From an uncultured Dehalococcoidia bacterium (GTDB lineage: Bacteria > Chloroflexota > Dehalococcoidia > Bin125), in assembly GCA_958295515.1 (NCBI GenBank), contig CATQGW010000002.1, forward strand, positions 150,332 through 214,331: a DNA stretch of 64,000 nucleotides, in the 5' to 3' direction. The notes beneath the pieces were generated by a model. It did no database searches, was not told where the DNA came from, and saw only the letters and a list, made by a program, of their open reading frames with translations. A program made the translations under genes and the position numbers. The first letter of the stretch is position 1. Every line of letters starts with the position of its first letter. Shown here in pieces: positions 29,345-38,519 of the stretch.

Positions 29345-30201
29345 GCGCCAACCTCCGCCATCGCAGCCTCCGCCGCCGCGAGCATCACATCAGTCGGCGC
29401 AGCCTGCTGCGTCCACAGTTCAAAGGAGGCCGCGCCCTGGTAGACAAGCATCGGCAACCCGCCAACAGCACAGCGCCCCGCGGCGCGAGCGCTGTGGACG
29501 AGCGGCGTCTCCGTCGGGTTGGCAATCAGGTCAGCGAGGAAAGCGTCAGTATGGAGGGCAGCGGGATCGAAGGGGAGCCGCCCTTCGGTAGGGCTGCCGC
29601 GCAGCCCAACCGAGGTGCATTGAACGACGATCTGCGCGTCCGCAAGCGCGTCGCCCACCGCGTCGTCGTCCGCACCCAGCGCGCGCAAGCGGACGCCGGC
29701 GGAGGCAGAAGCGAGATCGTGGCGCAGGCGTCCCGCCCGGACAGCGGTGCGATTGACAATCGTCAGCGCGTCAACCCCGCGCCAGATCAGCGCCCAGGCG
29801 ACAGCCCGCGCCGCGCCGCCCGCACCCCAAAGCAGCGCGTGCGCGCCGGCCGGGTCGCAACCGGCCTCCGCAAGCGAGCGCTGGAAGCCGGCCACATCGG
29901 TGTTGTAGCCCTGCAGGTGGCCGTCGTTGTTGACAATCGTGTTCACCGCCCCCACAAAGCGCGCCGTCTGGTGCAAGCCGTCCATATGGCGCACGACGGC
30001 CTCTTTGTAGGGGATCGTCACGTTCGCACCCAGCGCTTCGGGCTCGCGCAGACTCTCAATCAGCGCGGGGAGTTCGTCGGGCGCTGCGTCCCAAGCCTCG
30101 TAACGAGCGTCGAGGCCAAGCGCGTCAAACGCCGCCTGCTGGAAGCGCGGCGAGATGCTGTGCGCGACCGGACGGCCAATCACGCCGACGCGCGCCGTCA
30201 T
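29341..30201 (-). CDS. aroE: shikimate dehydrogenase
   Basis: GVIGRPVAHSISPRFQQAAF, NVTIPYKEA, GAVNTIV, GYNTD and GAGGAARAV. Confidence 0.9.
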   Translation of the reverse strand: MTARVGVIGRPVAHSISPRFQQAAFDALGLDARYEAWDAAPDELPALIESLREPEALGANVTIPYKEAVVRHMDGLHQTARFVGAVNTIVNNDGHLQGYNTDVAGFQRSLAEAGCDPAGAHALLWGAGGAARAVAWALIWRGVDALTIVNRTAVRAGRLRHDLASASAGVRLRALGADDDAVGDALADAQIVVQCTSVGLRGSPTEGRLPFDPAALHTDAFLADLIANPTETPLVHSARAAGRCAVGGLPMLVYQGAASFELWTQQAAPTDVMLAAAEAAMAEVGA

Positions 30202-31259
30202 TGCCCTCTCCAGCGTTCGATGTTCGCCTGGTGTTCCTCATACGTCTCGGCGAAGGCGTGCGTGCCGTCGCCACGAGCAAAGAAGAAGAGGTAAGCGACA
30301 TCAGCCGGCGCGAGCGTCGCCCGCAGCGAAGCCAAACTCGGCGCGGCGATCGGTGTGGGCGGCAGGCCAGGCGCGACATACGTGTTCCAGGGCGAGGTCG
30401 AGGCCAAGTCGTCAAGCGTCAGCTCGCGCTTCCACCAGCCGTGCGCCGCGACCGAGGCGGGGTCGCCGGCGACCGCATACTGCACCGTAGGGTCGGCCTG
30501 CAGCGGCATGCCCAGCTCGATTCGGTTCCAGAGCACGGCGGCGATAATCGGGCGTTCCTCATCCACGGCGGCTTCGCGCTCGACGATCGAAGCGATAGTC
30601 AACACGGCATGCAGTGTACGTTCTGAGCTGTCCGCGCTGAGCAGCAACGGAGCGACTTCGGCGTCAAAGCGCAGGGTCATCAGCCGCACCACTTGGTCCG
30701 CGCTGAGGCGCAGCGGGAACTCGTAGCCGCCGGCGAAGAGATAGCCCTCCAGTCCGACGCCTTGCGGCCTCGAAGCGGCCAGCGTGCCGGCGACATTCTC
30801 AGGCCGCTGGAGCGCAGCGCGGAACTCGGCGGTGCTCACTACCTGCGCGGCTTCGAGCAGCTCACCAAACTGTTCGAGCCGCAGGCCTTCAGGGATGATC
30901 ACCCGCAGCGGAGTGCGCTCGCCGCGATGAATGCGACGGGCGATTTCATAGCTGGTCAGCCCCGCCTCAAAGGTGTACGCGCCGACTTCAAGTCCGTCTT
31001 CCCAGCCGAGCAGCTGCACGAGCGTGGTCCAGCGGCGCGGAGAGTCAATCAAGCCCGCGGCGTAGAGGCGATCGGCGATCTGGGCTGCCGTGTCGCCAGG
31101 CCGGAGTTCAATCGCGCCGGCCGGCGCAGTGCGAACCATCGCGGGCGCGCTGCGGGTCCCGCCGAAGACGGCATTCGGGCTGCCGATGATCGCGGCGGCG
31201 GCGAGGATGAAGCAGGCGGTGGCGAGGCTGGCGGCGATCAGCAGCGGCGCGTTGGTCAT
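30198..31259 (-). CDS. mltG: endolytic murein transglycosylase MltG (YceG family)
   Basis: N-terminal TM segment, IIPEGLRLEQF, ILTIASIVEREA-like (VLTIASIVEREAAVDEERP), LQADPTVQYA and WNTYVAPGLPPTPIAAPS. Confidence 0.85.
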   Translation of the reverse strand: MTNAPLLIAASLATACFILAAAAIIGSPNAVFGGTRSAPAMVRTAPAGAIELRPGDTAAQIADRLYAAGLIDSPRRWTTLVQLLGWEDGLEVGAYTFEAGLTSYEIARRIHRGERTPLRVIIPEGLRLEQFGELLEAAQVVSTAEFRAALQRPENVAGTLAASRPQGVGLEGYLFAGGYEFPLRLSADQVVRLMTLRFDAEVAPLLLSADSSERTLHAVLTIASIVEREAAVDEERPIIAAVLWNRIELGMPLQADPTVQYAVAGDPASVAAHGWWKRELTLDDLASTSPWNTYVAPGLPPTPIAAPSLASLRATLAPADVAYLFFFARGDGTHAFAETYEEHQANIERWRGQ

Positions 31260-31726
31260 GGCGAACTGCTCCGCTGCGTGTCGAGCCAGCGCTGGAGGAT
31301 GCGGGCCGCAGCGCGGGCGTGGCTCTCGCGCCGTTCGCGCTGCCGCTCAGCAGGATTGGGGCGCTGCCGCCGACGCTGCTTGCCGCGCGAGGGCTGGGGC
31401 GCGAGTGTGATCTCGTCGAGCGAGGTATGGCGCTCGTTCTGAGCGTGGCAGTCCGCCCCAAGTTGGGCGGCCAACTGCTCACCGAAGCGGCGGAAGCGGG
31501 CGGCCTGCTCGTCCTCGAGTCCGTCAGCGCGGACCGGCACGCCGACCACAACCGCGGCCACTGCTTCGCCGTCCAGCAGGCCGCGGACAGCGGCGGCCGG
31601 ATCGTCCTGCGCGTCGTTGAGGTCGACCGCGCCCACGGGGAAGGCCATACGGTTGTCGCCGGCCGCGCGCGCCACGCCGAGCCAGCGCTCGCCAGGGTCG
31701 ATGCCGAGGATGCAGCCGCGCTGCAT
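31256..31726 (-). CDS. ruvX: Holliday-junction-resolvase-like pre-16S rRNA nuclease (YqgF/RuvX)
   Basis: ILGIDPGERWLGVARA...VVGVPVRADGLEDEQAA, in the conserved position after alaS. Confidence 0.85.
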   Translation of the reverse strand: MQRGCILGIDPGERWLGVARAAGDNRMAFPVGAVDLNDAQDDPAAAVRGLLDGEAVAAVVVGVPVRADGLEDEQAARFRRFGEQLAAQLGADCHAQNERHTSLDEITLAPQPSRGKQRRRQRPNPAERQRERRESHARAAARILQRWLDTQRSSSP

Positions 31727-31734
31727 AGAGAAAC

Positions 31735-34581
31735 TCAGGCGTCGGCGAGCTGGGCGCGCACCGCGTCGGGAGCGGCGGCCAGCGCCGCGTCAAGCTGTCC
31801 CGCGTCGCGCCCGCCGGCCTGCGCCATCTCCGGCTTGCCGCCGCCGCCGCCGCCCGCAATCCGCGCGATCCCCCCGATCAGCTTGCCGGCGTGCAGGCCG
31901 CGCTCGACCAATCCCGGCGTGACCATCGCCACGAACAGCGGGCGCTCGCCGGCCACGGTGCCGAGCACGATCACCGCCTCATCGAGCCGCCGCCGCACCT
32001 CGTCCCCCGCGCTGCGCAGCGCCGACGCCGACTCCACCTCAACACGTCCCGCGACCAGCGCCACGCCCTCGACATCGGCGGGGTTGGCAGCCAGCTGCTC
32101 GGCGACCGAGGCGCCGGTCTGGGCTTCAACGGCCGCCAGGCGGCGGCGCAGCTCCTGCAACTCAGCGCGCATCTGGCCAATCCGGTCGGGCAGCGTGTCG
32201 GGCGTAGCGCGCAGCGAGCTGGAGACGCCGTCCAGCGTGGCCAGTCGATACTCCACCCAGGCTTCGGCCGCCGCCCCGGTCAACGCCTCAATCCGCCGCT
32301 GGCCGGCGCCCACGCTGCCCTCCGAGATGATCTGGAAGTCGCCCACGAAGCCGGTCGCCGGGGCGTGCGTGCCGCCACAGAGTTCCTTGCTGAAGCAGTC
32401 GTGAATGTGCGGCGCGGGGTCGCAGATTTCGACGACGCGCACCTCAGTGGCATACTTCTCGCCGAAGATCGCCATCGCTCCGCGTTGCAGCGCCTGCTCG
32501 TAGGGCAGTTCGAGCGTTTCGACAGGGAGGTCGTCGCGGATGCGAGCGCGCACCACGCGCTGCACCTCGCGCAACTGCTCCGCGGTCGGCGCTTCCGACT
32601 GCGTGTAGTCGAAGCGCAGGTGGTCGGGCGCGACGAGCGAACCCGCCTGCCGCACATGGTCGCCGAGCACCTGGCGCAGCGCCGCATGAAGCAGGTGCGT
32701 GGCGGTGTGGTTGCGCGTCGTATCGGCGCGGCGGCTGCGATCAACCACCGCCTCCACAGCGTCGCCTACGGAGAGTTCACCCGCGCTGATCATCCCCACA
32801 TGCGCGATCACATCGCCCCAGGCCCGCGTGTCGGTGACATCGAGCTGCGCCGCTTCGGTTCGGATCAGCCCCGCGTCGCCAACCTGCCCGCCGCCCTCAG
32901 GATAGAAAGGCGTCTCATGCAGCACGACACTGACCCGCTGGCCGGCTTGGGCATCATCCACTGACTCGCCGTCGCGCACGATCGCCGCAATCTGAGCGGT
33001 CGCCGCGGCCTGCTTGTAGCCGGAGAATGCGGATGTGATGTCAAGCTCCGCAAAAATCGCGGCCTCCGAGTCGGGATCGAACTCCCCGCTGCTGCGCCCG
33101 CGTTCCTGCTGGGCGGCGAGCTCAGCCTCAAAGCCCTCAGCATCAAAATCGAATCCGTGAGCTCGCGCAATTTGCTCGGTGAGCTCGCGCGGCACGCCGA
33201 ACGTGTCATACAGCACGAAGGCTTCAGGGCCGGTGATGGTCCTCATCGCCCATTTGACTTTTTCTGGCGGATCGATCCAGGCATCTGCGTCCGAGGTAGA
33301 TCGCATAGGTCCCAGTACTTGGTCTTGCGTCACGTCCCACAGCGTGCGATTCAGTCCTGCGAACCGCACTCTCACGGCACGCATCTGTTCGATCCGTTCG
33401 CCAAAAGAAAGACGGCGGGGTGTTGGCGCACCCCCGAGCAAGATCCGAGCCTGGTCTTGCTTTGCCGGGATAGTTTGCTCTTCGAGCAGGACGCGGCCAG
33501 TTGCGAGCGTCTGGCGGAAGCGCTCCTCCTCCTGATTGAGCACGTTGTCCACCAACGCCCGCTGCTCGACCACCTCCGGATAGTCCGGACCCATCAGCCC
33601 CCGCACCTGCTCAGCGACGCTGGAGAGGATCGGCGCCTCAAGACCGAGCTGGTCGGCGTAGTAAAGCCCGCGCCGAATCAGCCGCCGCAGCACATAGCCG
33701 CGGCCCTCATTGGCGGGCAGCGCCCCGTCCGCGATCAGAAAGGTCATCGCCCGCCCATGCTCGGCGACGACCCGCATCGCGCGGCGCTGAGCGTCCGACG
33801 CGCCCGCGTACTCCAGCGAGCAGCGCTCGCCCACGAAATCGAGCAGCGGCGCGAACAGATCGGTGTCGTAGAGATTCGACTTCTCTTGCAGCATCATCGC
33901 CCAGCGCTCAAGCCCCGCGCCCGTGTCGATGCTCTGCGCGGGCAGGTCCACCAGCGAGCCGTCGGGCTGGCGGTTGTACTGCATGAAGACGAGATTCCAG
34001 ATTTCGAGGAAGCGCTCTTCATCGTCGGCCGGCCCGGCGTTGGGCGCGCGCGGGTCGGGCCGCATGTCGTAGTGCAGCTCCGAGCACGGGCCGCAGGGAC
34101 CCTCCGGTCCCGCCGCCCAGAAGTTCCCCTGATCCTCGCCGTAGCGGAAGATTTTCGAGTCCGGCAGCCCAATCTTGCGCCACTGCCCGTAGGCGAAGTC
34201 GTCGTCGGTGAAGACCGTCGCCACCAGCCGCTCAGGCGGAATCTGAAGCACCCCGGTGACCAGCTCCCAGGCCCAGGCCTGCGCCTCCGCCTTGAAGTAG
34301 TCGCCGAGCGAGAAGTTGCCCAGCATCTCGAACATCGTCAGGTGACTGGCATCGCCCACCTCGTCGATATCGGTGGTGCGGAAGCACTTCTGGATCGAGG
34401 TCAGCCGATGGTGCGGCGGCTGCGCCTCACCGGCGAAGAACGGCTTGAACGGCACCATCCCGGCCGAGGTGAAGAGCAGCGTCGGGTCGCCCGGCGCGAT
34501 CAGCGGCGCGCTGGCCACGCGCAGGTGGTCGCGCTGCACAAAGAAGTCGGTGAAGGTGGCGCGAATCCTCTGGGCGTCCAT
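31735..34581 (-). CDS. alaS: alanine--tRNA ligase (with an atypical ~80-aa insertion at residues ~369-448)
   Basis: FTSAGMVPFKPFF, LTMFEMLGNFSLGDYFK, IWNLVFMQYNR, editing-domain HTATHLLHAAL and CGGTH, plus the C-terminal DHHA1 region. 948 aa. Confidence 0.95.
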   Translation of the reverse strand: MDAQRIRATFTDFFVQRDHLRVASAPLIAPGDPTLLFTSAGMVPFKPFFAGEAQPPHHRLTSIQKCFRTTDIDEVGDASHLTMFEMLGNFSLGDYFKAEAQAWAWELVTGVLQIPPERLVATVFTDDDFAYGQWRKIGLPDSKIFRYGEDQGNFWAAGPEGPCGPCSELHYDMRPDPRAPNAGPADDEERFLEIWNLVFMQYNRQPDGSLVDLPAQSIDTGAGLERWAMMLQEKSNLYDTDLFAPLLDFVGERCSLEYAGASDAQRRAMRVVAEHGRAMTFLIADGALPANEGRGYVLRRLIRRGLYYADQLGLEAPILSSVAEQVRGLMGPDYPEVVEQRALVDNVLNQEEERFRQTLATGRVLLEEQTIPAKQDQARILLGGAPTPRRLSFGERIEQMRAVRVRFAGLNRTLWDVTQDQVLGPMRSTSDADAWIDPPEKVKWAMRTITGPEAFVLYDTFGVPRELTEQIARAHGFDFDAEGFEAELAAQQERGRSSGEFDPDSEAAIFAELDITSAFSGYKQAAATAQIAAIVRDGESVDDAQAGQRVSVVLHETPFYPEGGGQVGDAGLIRTEAAQLDVTDTRAWGDVIAHVGMISAGELSVGDAVEAVVDRSRRADTTRNHTATHLLHAALRQVLGDHVRQAGSLVAPDHLRFDYTQSEAPTAEQLREVQRVVRARIRDDLPVETLELPYEQALQRGAMAIFGEKYATEVRVVEICDPAPHIHDCFSKELCGGTHAPATGFVGDFQIISEGSVGAGQRRIEALTGAAAEAWVEYRLATLDGVSSSLRATPDTLPDRIGQMRAELQELRRRLAAVEAQTGASVAEQLAANPADVEGVALVAGRVEVESASALRSAGDEVRRRLDEAVIVLGTVAGERPLFVAMVTPGLVERGLHAGKLIGGIARIAGGGGGGKPEMAQAGGRDAGQLDAALAAAPDAVRAQLADA

Positions 34582-34707
34582 AGCTAGCTCCCTCGCGTCC
34601 GCGTTCGACTATATCGCGCCGCTCTCCGCAAGCAGTGAAAACGTGCTAGCGTCGCGCTCAAGACGCGCGAAGCGTCGCTGCAAGTCCGCGAAGGGGCCGA
34701 GCGCCTG

Positions 34708-36111
34708 GTGTTGCCGGCTGACGACGATCCGCACGAACACCGAGATATCTGCGCAATCGTGCTGGCCGCCGGCCGGGGCAAGCGGATGGGTTCCGCCACG
34801 CCCAAAGTGCTCCAGCCGCTGGCCGGGCGTCCGTTGACCGCGCACGTACTGCACGCACTGGCCGAAAGCGGCGTCCCACGCGCCGTCGTCGTGACCCCGC
34901 CCGCTGAACTCGGCGAACAGATTCGCGCCACGCTCGCCGAACATGCCCCGCCCACGCTGGACCTGCGCTTCGCCGAGCAAGCCGAACCGACCGGCACCGC
35001 CGACGCTGTGCTGGCGGCCAAATCACAGACGCAGAGCGCCGAGGCGCTGGTCGTCAACGGAGACCTCGGGCTGCTGAGCGCGGAGCAGCTGGACAAGCTG
35101 CTCGCCGCCCCGCTCGAAGCCGCGCTGCTGGTGACCGCAGTCGTCGACGATCCGGCCGAGATGGGGCGGATCATGCGCGACAGCGCCGGCGGCCGCGTCT
35201 GCGGCATCGTCGAATACCGCGACGCCGGCGACGCACAGCGAGCGATCAACGAGGTCAACGTCGGTCTCTACCGCTTCGACGCGGACTGGCTCTGGGGAGC
35301 GCTGGAGCGTCTGGAGCGCAGCGAGAGCGGCGAGCGCTACGCGACGGATGTGATCGCCGAGGCGGCTGTCGCGCGGTCGCTGGGCGCAGTTGAGGTACCC
35401 CTGCCCGACGGACGGCTCAACATCGAGGACCCTCAGGACCTGCTCGCCGCCGAGCGCAGCGTCCGCCGCCGAGTCGCTGAGCGGCTCGCAGCGGACGGTC
35501 GGCTGATTGCGGACCCGGCCAATGTCTGGATCGATGCAAGCGTCGAGATCGCGCCGGGCGCGCTGATTGAGCCGGGCTGCCACCTGCGCGGGCGCACCCG
35601 AATCGGTGCCGGCTCTCAGGTCGGCCCCAACGCCGTGCTGCGCGACGTCGTGCTGGGCGAGGATTGCGTGCTGGAATCCTGCACAGTTCACGGCTCGACG
35701 CTGGGGGACCGGGTCGAAGTGGGTCCCTATTCGACAATCCGCGAGGGCTGCGAGCTGGGCGACGGTGTGCATATCGGCACCCACGCCGAGCTGAAGAACG
35801 CCCGCCTCGGCGCAGGCGTGAAGATGGGGCACTTCTCGTATGTGGGCGACACAGAGGTGGGTGCGGGAGCGAACATCGGCGCCGGCGCGATCACCTGCAA
35901 CTACGACGGCGAGCGCAAGTACCACACCCGAATCGGCGACGACGCCTTCATCGGCAGCGATTCATTGCTGATCGCGCCCATCGAGATCGGCGCCCGCGCC
36001 CGCACAGGGGCGGGATCCGTCGTCACCAAAGACATCCCCGCCGACGGCAACGCGGTGGGACATCCGGCGCGGCTCACCACGAGCCGGCGGCGCGAACGGA
36101 GCGAGCCGTGA
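34708..36111 (+). CDS. glmU: bifunctional UDP-N-acetylglucosamine diphosphorylase / glucosamine-1-phosphate N-acetyltransferase
   Basis: AIVLAAGRGKRMGSATPKVLQPLAGRPL, followed by C-terminal left-handed beta-helix hexapeptide repeats. Confidence 0.9.
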   Translation: MLPADDDPHEHRDICAIVLAAGRGKRMGSATPKVLQPLAGRPLTAHVLHALAESGVPRAVVVTPPAELGEQIRATLAEHAPPTLDLRFAEQAEPTGTADAVLAAKSQTQSAEALVVNGDLGLLSAEQLDKLLAAPLEAALLVTAVVDDPAEMGRIMRDSAGGRVCGIVEYRDAGDAQRAINEVNVGLYRFDADWLWGALERLERSESGERYATDVIAEAAVARSLGAVEVPLPDGRLNIEDPQDLLAAERSVRRRVAERLAADGRLIADPANVWIDASVEIAPGALIEPGCHLRGRTRIGAGSQVGPNAVLRDVVLGEDCVLESCTVHGSTLGDRVEVGPYSTIREGCELGDGVHIGTHAELKNARLGAGVKMGHFSYVGDTEVGAGANIGAGAITCNYDGERKYHTRIGDDAFIGSDSLLIAPIEIGARARTGAGSVVTKDIPADGNAVGHPARLTTSRRRERSEP

Positions 36112-37394
36112 GCGACAGCTCGATCATCGCCCTCGTGGTCCTGATTCTCGCCGTCGTGCTGCTGACTCTGGAAGCGATCGCGGAGGCGGGCGTGATCAGC
36201 CTCAGCCGTTCGCGCGCGCGGCTGCTCGCCAGCCGCACGCCCGACAACCCCCGCGCTCAGCGACTGCTGGCAATCACCACCGACCGCGAGCGGGCGCTCG
36301 GCTCGATCGCCGTCGGGCGCACCGTCGCAGTCGCGGCGGGCTTCACCTCGATCTACTACATCGTGATCAACGAAACCGGCTTCGCCTGGGGCACGGTCGT
36401 CGCCACCGGCCTGCTGGGCGCGTTCGTCGCAGCCTTAATTCAGTCGGTGCCGCGCCGTCTGGCCGCAACCTGGCCGGAGGCCTTCGCCATGCGCTTCGCC
36501 CCGGCCATTGACCTGCTCGACGCGGCCTTCCTCATCCCCGCCGCGATCCTCGAAGCGCCGGCGCGGCTGCTGACCCGAATCGGCGCTTCACAGCGCGAGC
36601 TCGCGCCCGACCCGACCGATATCGAGGTCGTCCTTGAGCACGATCAGGAGGGCATCGAAGCCGAGGAGCGAGAGATGATCCGGGGGGTGATGAGCATTGG
36701 CGACCGGATCGTCCGTGAGGCGATGACCCCACGCCCCGACATCGGCGCGCTGCCGCGCGAGGCCACGCTGCAAGATGTCGCCGGGTTCGTGGTCGAGCGC
36801 GGTTTCTCGCGGATCCCGATCTACGAGGAGAGCGTCGACAACATCATCGGCATCATCTACGCCAAGGACGTGATGGCCGCGCTGCTCGAGGAGTCGGACC
36901 AGACGGTCGCGCAGATCGCGCGCGAACCGATGCTGGTGCCCGAGTCCAAGCTGATCGACGATCTGCTGACCGATTTCCAGCGCGAGCGGGTGCATATGGC
37001 GATTGTGCTCGACGAGTACGGCGGCACCGCCGGCCTGATCACGCTGGAGGACCTGGTCGAGGAGATCGTGGGCGAGATCGCCGACGAATACGATTTGGCC
37101 GCCTCCAGCGAACCCGTGCGGTTGATTGACGGAGAGCTGTTGCTCGACGGCCGCGCGCCGCTGGCCGCGCTGCAACAGCTCGGCTGCCAGCTGGATCACG
37201 CGGACTACGACACGGTGGCGGGGTTGATGTTCGACCGCGTCGGAGCGATCCCCTCAGTTGGCGACGAGGTGCAGGTCAACGGCATCTCGGTGGTCGTGGA
37301 AGCGATGGACGGGCGGCGAATCGCGACGATGCGGGCGCGCCGCCGGCCGCAGGAGGCGGGCTCGGCGGGGGACAGCGGGAGCGGCGCAACGTGA
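36108..37394 (+). CDS. hemolysin-family protein (DUF21 membrane domain + CBS pair + CorC/HlyC C-terminal domain)
   Basis: The GTG overlaps the glmU stop (GTGA). TM-rich N-terminus, CBS region ([10 protein letters not shown]...FSRIPIY...[10 protein letters not shown]), [31 protein letters not shown]. Confidence 0.85.
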   Translation: MSDSSIIALVVLILAVVLLTLEAIAEAGVISLSRSRARLLASRTPDNPRAQRLLAITTDRERALGSIAVGRTVAVAAGFTSIYYIVINETGFAWGTVVATGLLGAFVAALIQSVPRRLAATWPEAFAMRFAPAIDLLDAAFLIPAAILEAPARLLTRIGASQRELAPDPTDIEVVLEHDQEGIEAEEREMIRGVMSIGDRIVREAMTPRPDIGALPREATLQDVAGFVVERGFSRIPIYEESVDNIIGIIYAKDVMAALLEESDQTVAQIAREPMLVPESKLIDDLLTDFQRERVHMAIVLDEYGGTAGLITLEDLVEEIVGEIADEYDLAASSEPVRLIDGELLLDGRAPLAALQQLGCQLDHADYDTVAGLMFDRVGAIPSVGDEVQVNGISVVVEAMDGRRIATMRARRRPQEAGSAGDSGSGAT

Positions 37395-37415
37395 CAGTGA
37401 CGGCGACGGCGCGTA

Positions 37416-38519
37416 ATGTGTGTCGCCGTGTCCGATGAACTTGCCTACCGCATCGCGTTCAGCTTCGTCTCGGGGATCGGCCCGGTGCGGATGCGCGGGC
37501 TTGAGGCGCGCTACGAGTCGCTCGAGGCCGCCTGGCAAGGTGCGCGCGAGGGCTGGCGCGAGGCCGGGCTGGACGCTCCGGCGATCGAGCACCTGGAGGC
37601 CGCGCGCGCGAAGATCAACCCGGCGGAGGAACGAACGCGGGTCGAAGACCACGGGATCCGCGCGGTCAGCTGGCACGATTCCGGCTATCCGAAGCGTTTG
37701 ACCCAGATCGCCGACCCGCCGCCGCTGCTCTACGCCTACGGCGAGCTGGCCGATCGCGATGAGTGGTCAGTCGCGGTCGTCGGCACACGGCGTCCGAGCG
37801 CCTACGGGCGGCAAGTCACGCAGCAGTTCAGCGCGGAGTTGGTCGACGCCGGGCTGACGATCGTCAGCGGCCTCGCCTACGGCGTGGACGGCGTAGCGCA
37901 CGAGACGGCGCTGGAGCGCGGCGGGCGCACCGTGGCGGTGGTCGCCGGCGGGATCGACAAGCTCTATCCCCCCAAGCACCGCTCGCTGGCGGCGCGAATT
38001 GTCGACTCGGGCAGCGGCGCGCTGGTCACCGAGTATCCGCTGGGCACCCGCCCCAAGGCGGACAACTTCCCTCGCCGCAACCGCATTCTGGCGGGGATGA
38101 CCTTGGGCACGCTGGTGACCGAGGCGGGCAAGAAGTCCGGCACGTGGCATACCGTGACATCGGCGCTCGACCAGGGCCGCGAGGTCTTCTCGGTGCCCGG
38201 GCGCATCACCTCGCAGGAGAGCGAGGGCGCGAACCTGATCATCCAGCGCGGGCTGGGTAAGTTAGTCACCTGCGCGGCCGACATTCTGGAGGAGTTGCAG
38301 ATTGAACAGGTGGAACGGCAGATTGAACTGAGCGCGCAGCTGCCGGAGGACCCGACGCAGGCCGCCGTGCTCGGCGTGCTGGGTCCGGAGCCGCTGCACG
38401 TGGACGAGGCATCGCGCGCGGCGGCGGTGCCGGCCAGCGAGGTCAGCGCCGCGCTGGCAATGCTCGAATTGAAAGGGATGGTGCGACAGGTGGGACCGAT
38501 GCTCTATGTCCGAAGCTAA
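37416..38519 (+). CDS. dprA: DNA processing protein DprA (Smf)
   Basis: GIGPVR, VAVVGTRRPSAYG, SGLAYGVDGVAH, GTWHTV-like SG motif and the C-terminal winged-helix region. The position upstream of topA is conserved. Confidence 0.85.
   Translation: MCVAVSDELAYRIAFSFVSGIGPVRMRGLEARYESLEAAWQGAREGWREAGLDAPAIEHLEAARAKINPAEERTRVEDHGIRAVSWHDSGYPKRLTQIADPPPLLYAYGELADRDEWSVAVVGTRRPSAYGRQVTQQFSAELVDAGLTIVSGLAYGVDGVAHETALERGGRTVAVVAGGIDKLYPPKHRSLAARIVDSGSGALVTEYPLGTRPKADNFPRRNRILAGMTLGTLVTEAGKKSGTWHTVTSALDQGREVFSVPGRITSQESEGANLIIQRGLGKLVTCAADILEELQIEQVERQIELSAQLPEDPTQAAVLGVLGPEPLHVDEASRAAAVPASEVSAALAMLELKGMVRQVGPMLYVRS

Noticed and set aside
33238-33477. Mini-intein or MITE as the explanation for the alaS insertion
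   Set aside because: There is no Cys/Ser/Thr at the N-terminal splice junction, no C-terminal His-Asn, no homing-endonuclease or Hint motifs, and no terminal inverted repeats or target-site duplication that I could see. It is kept as an unexplained in-frame insertion.
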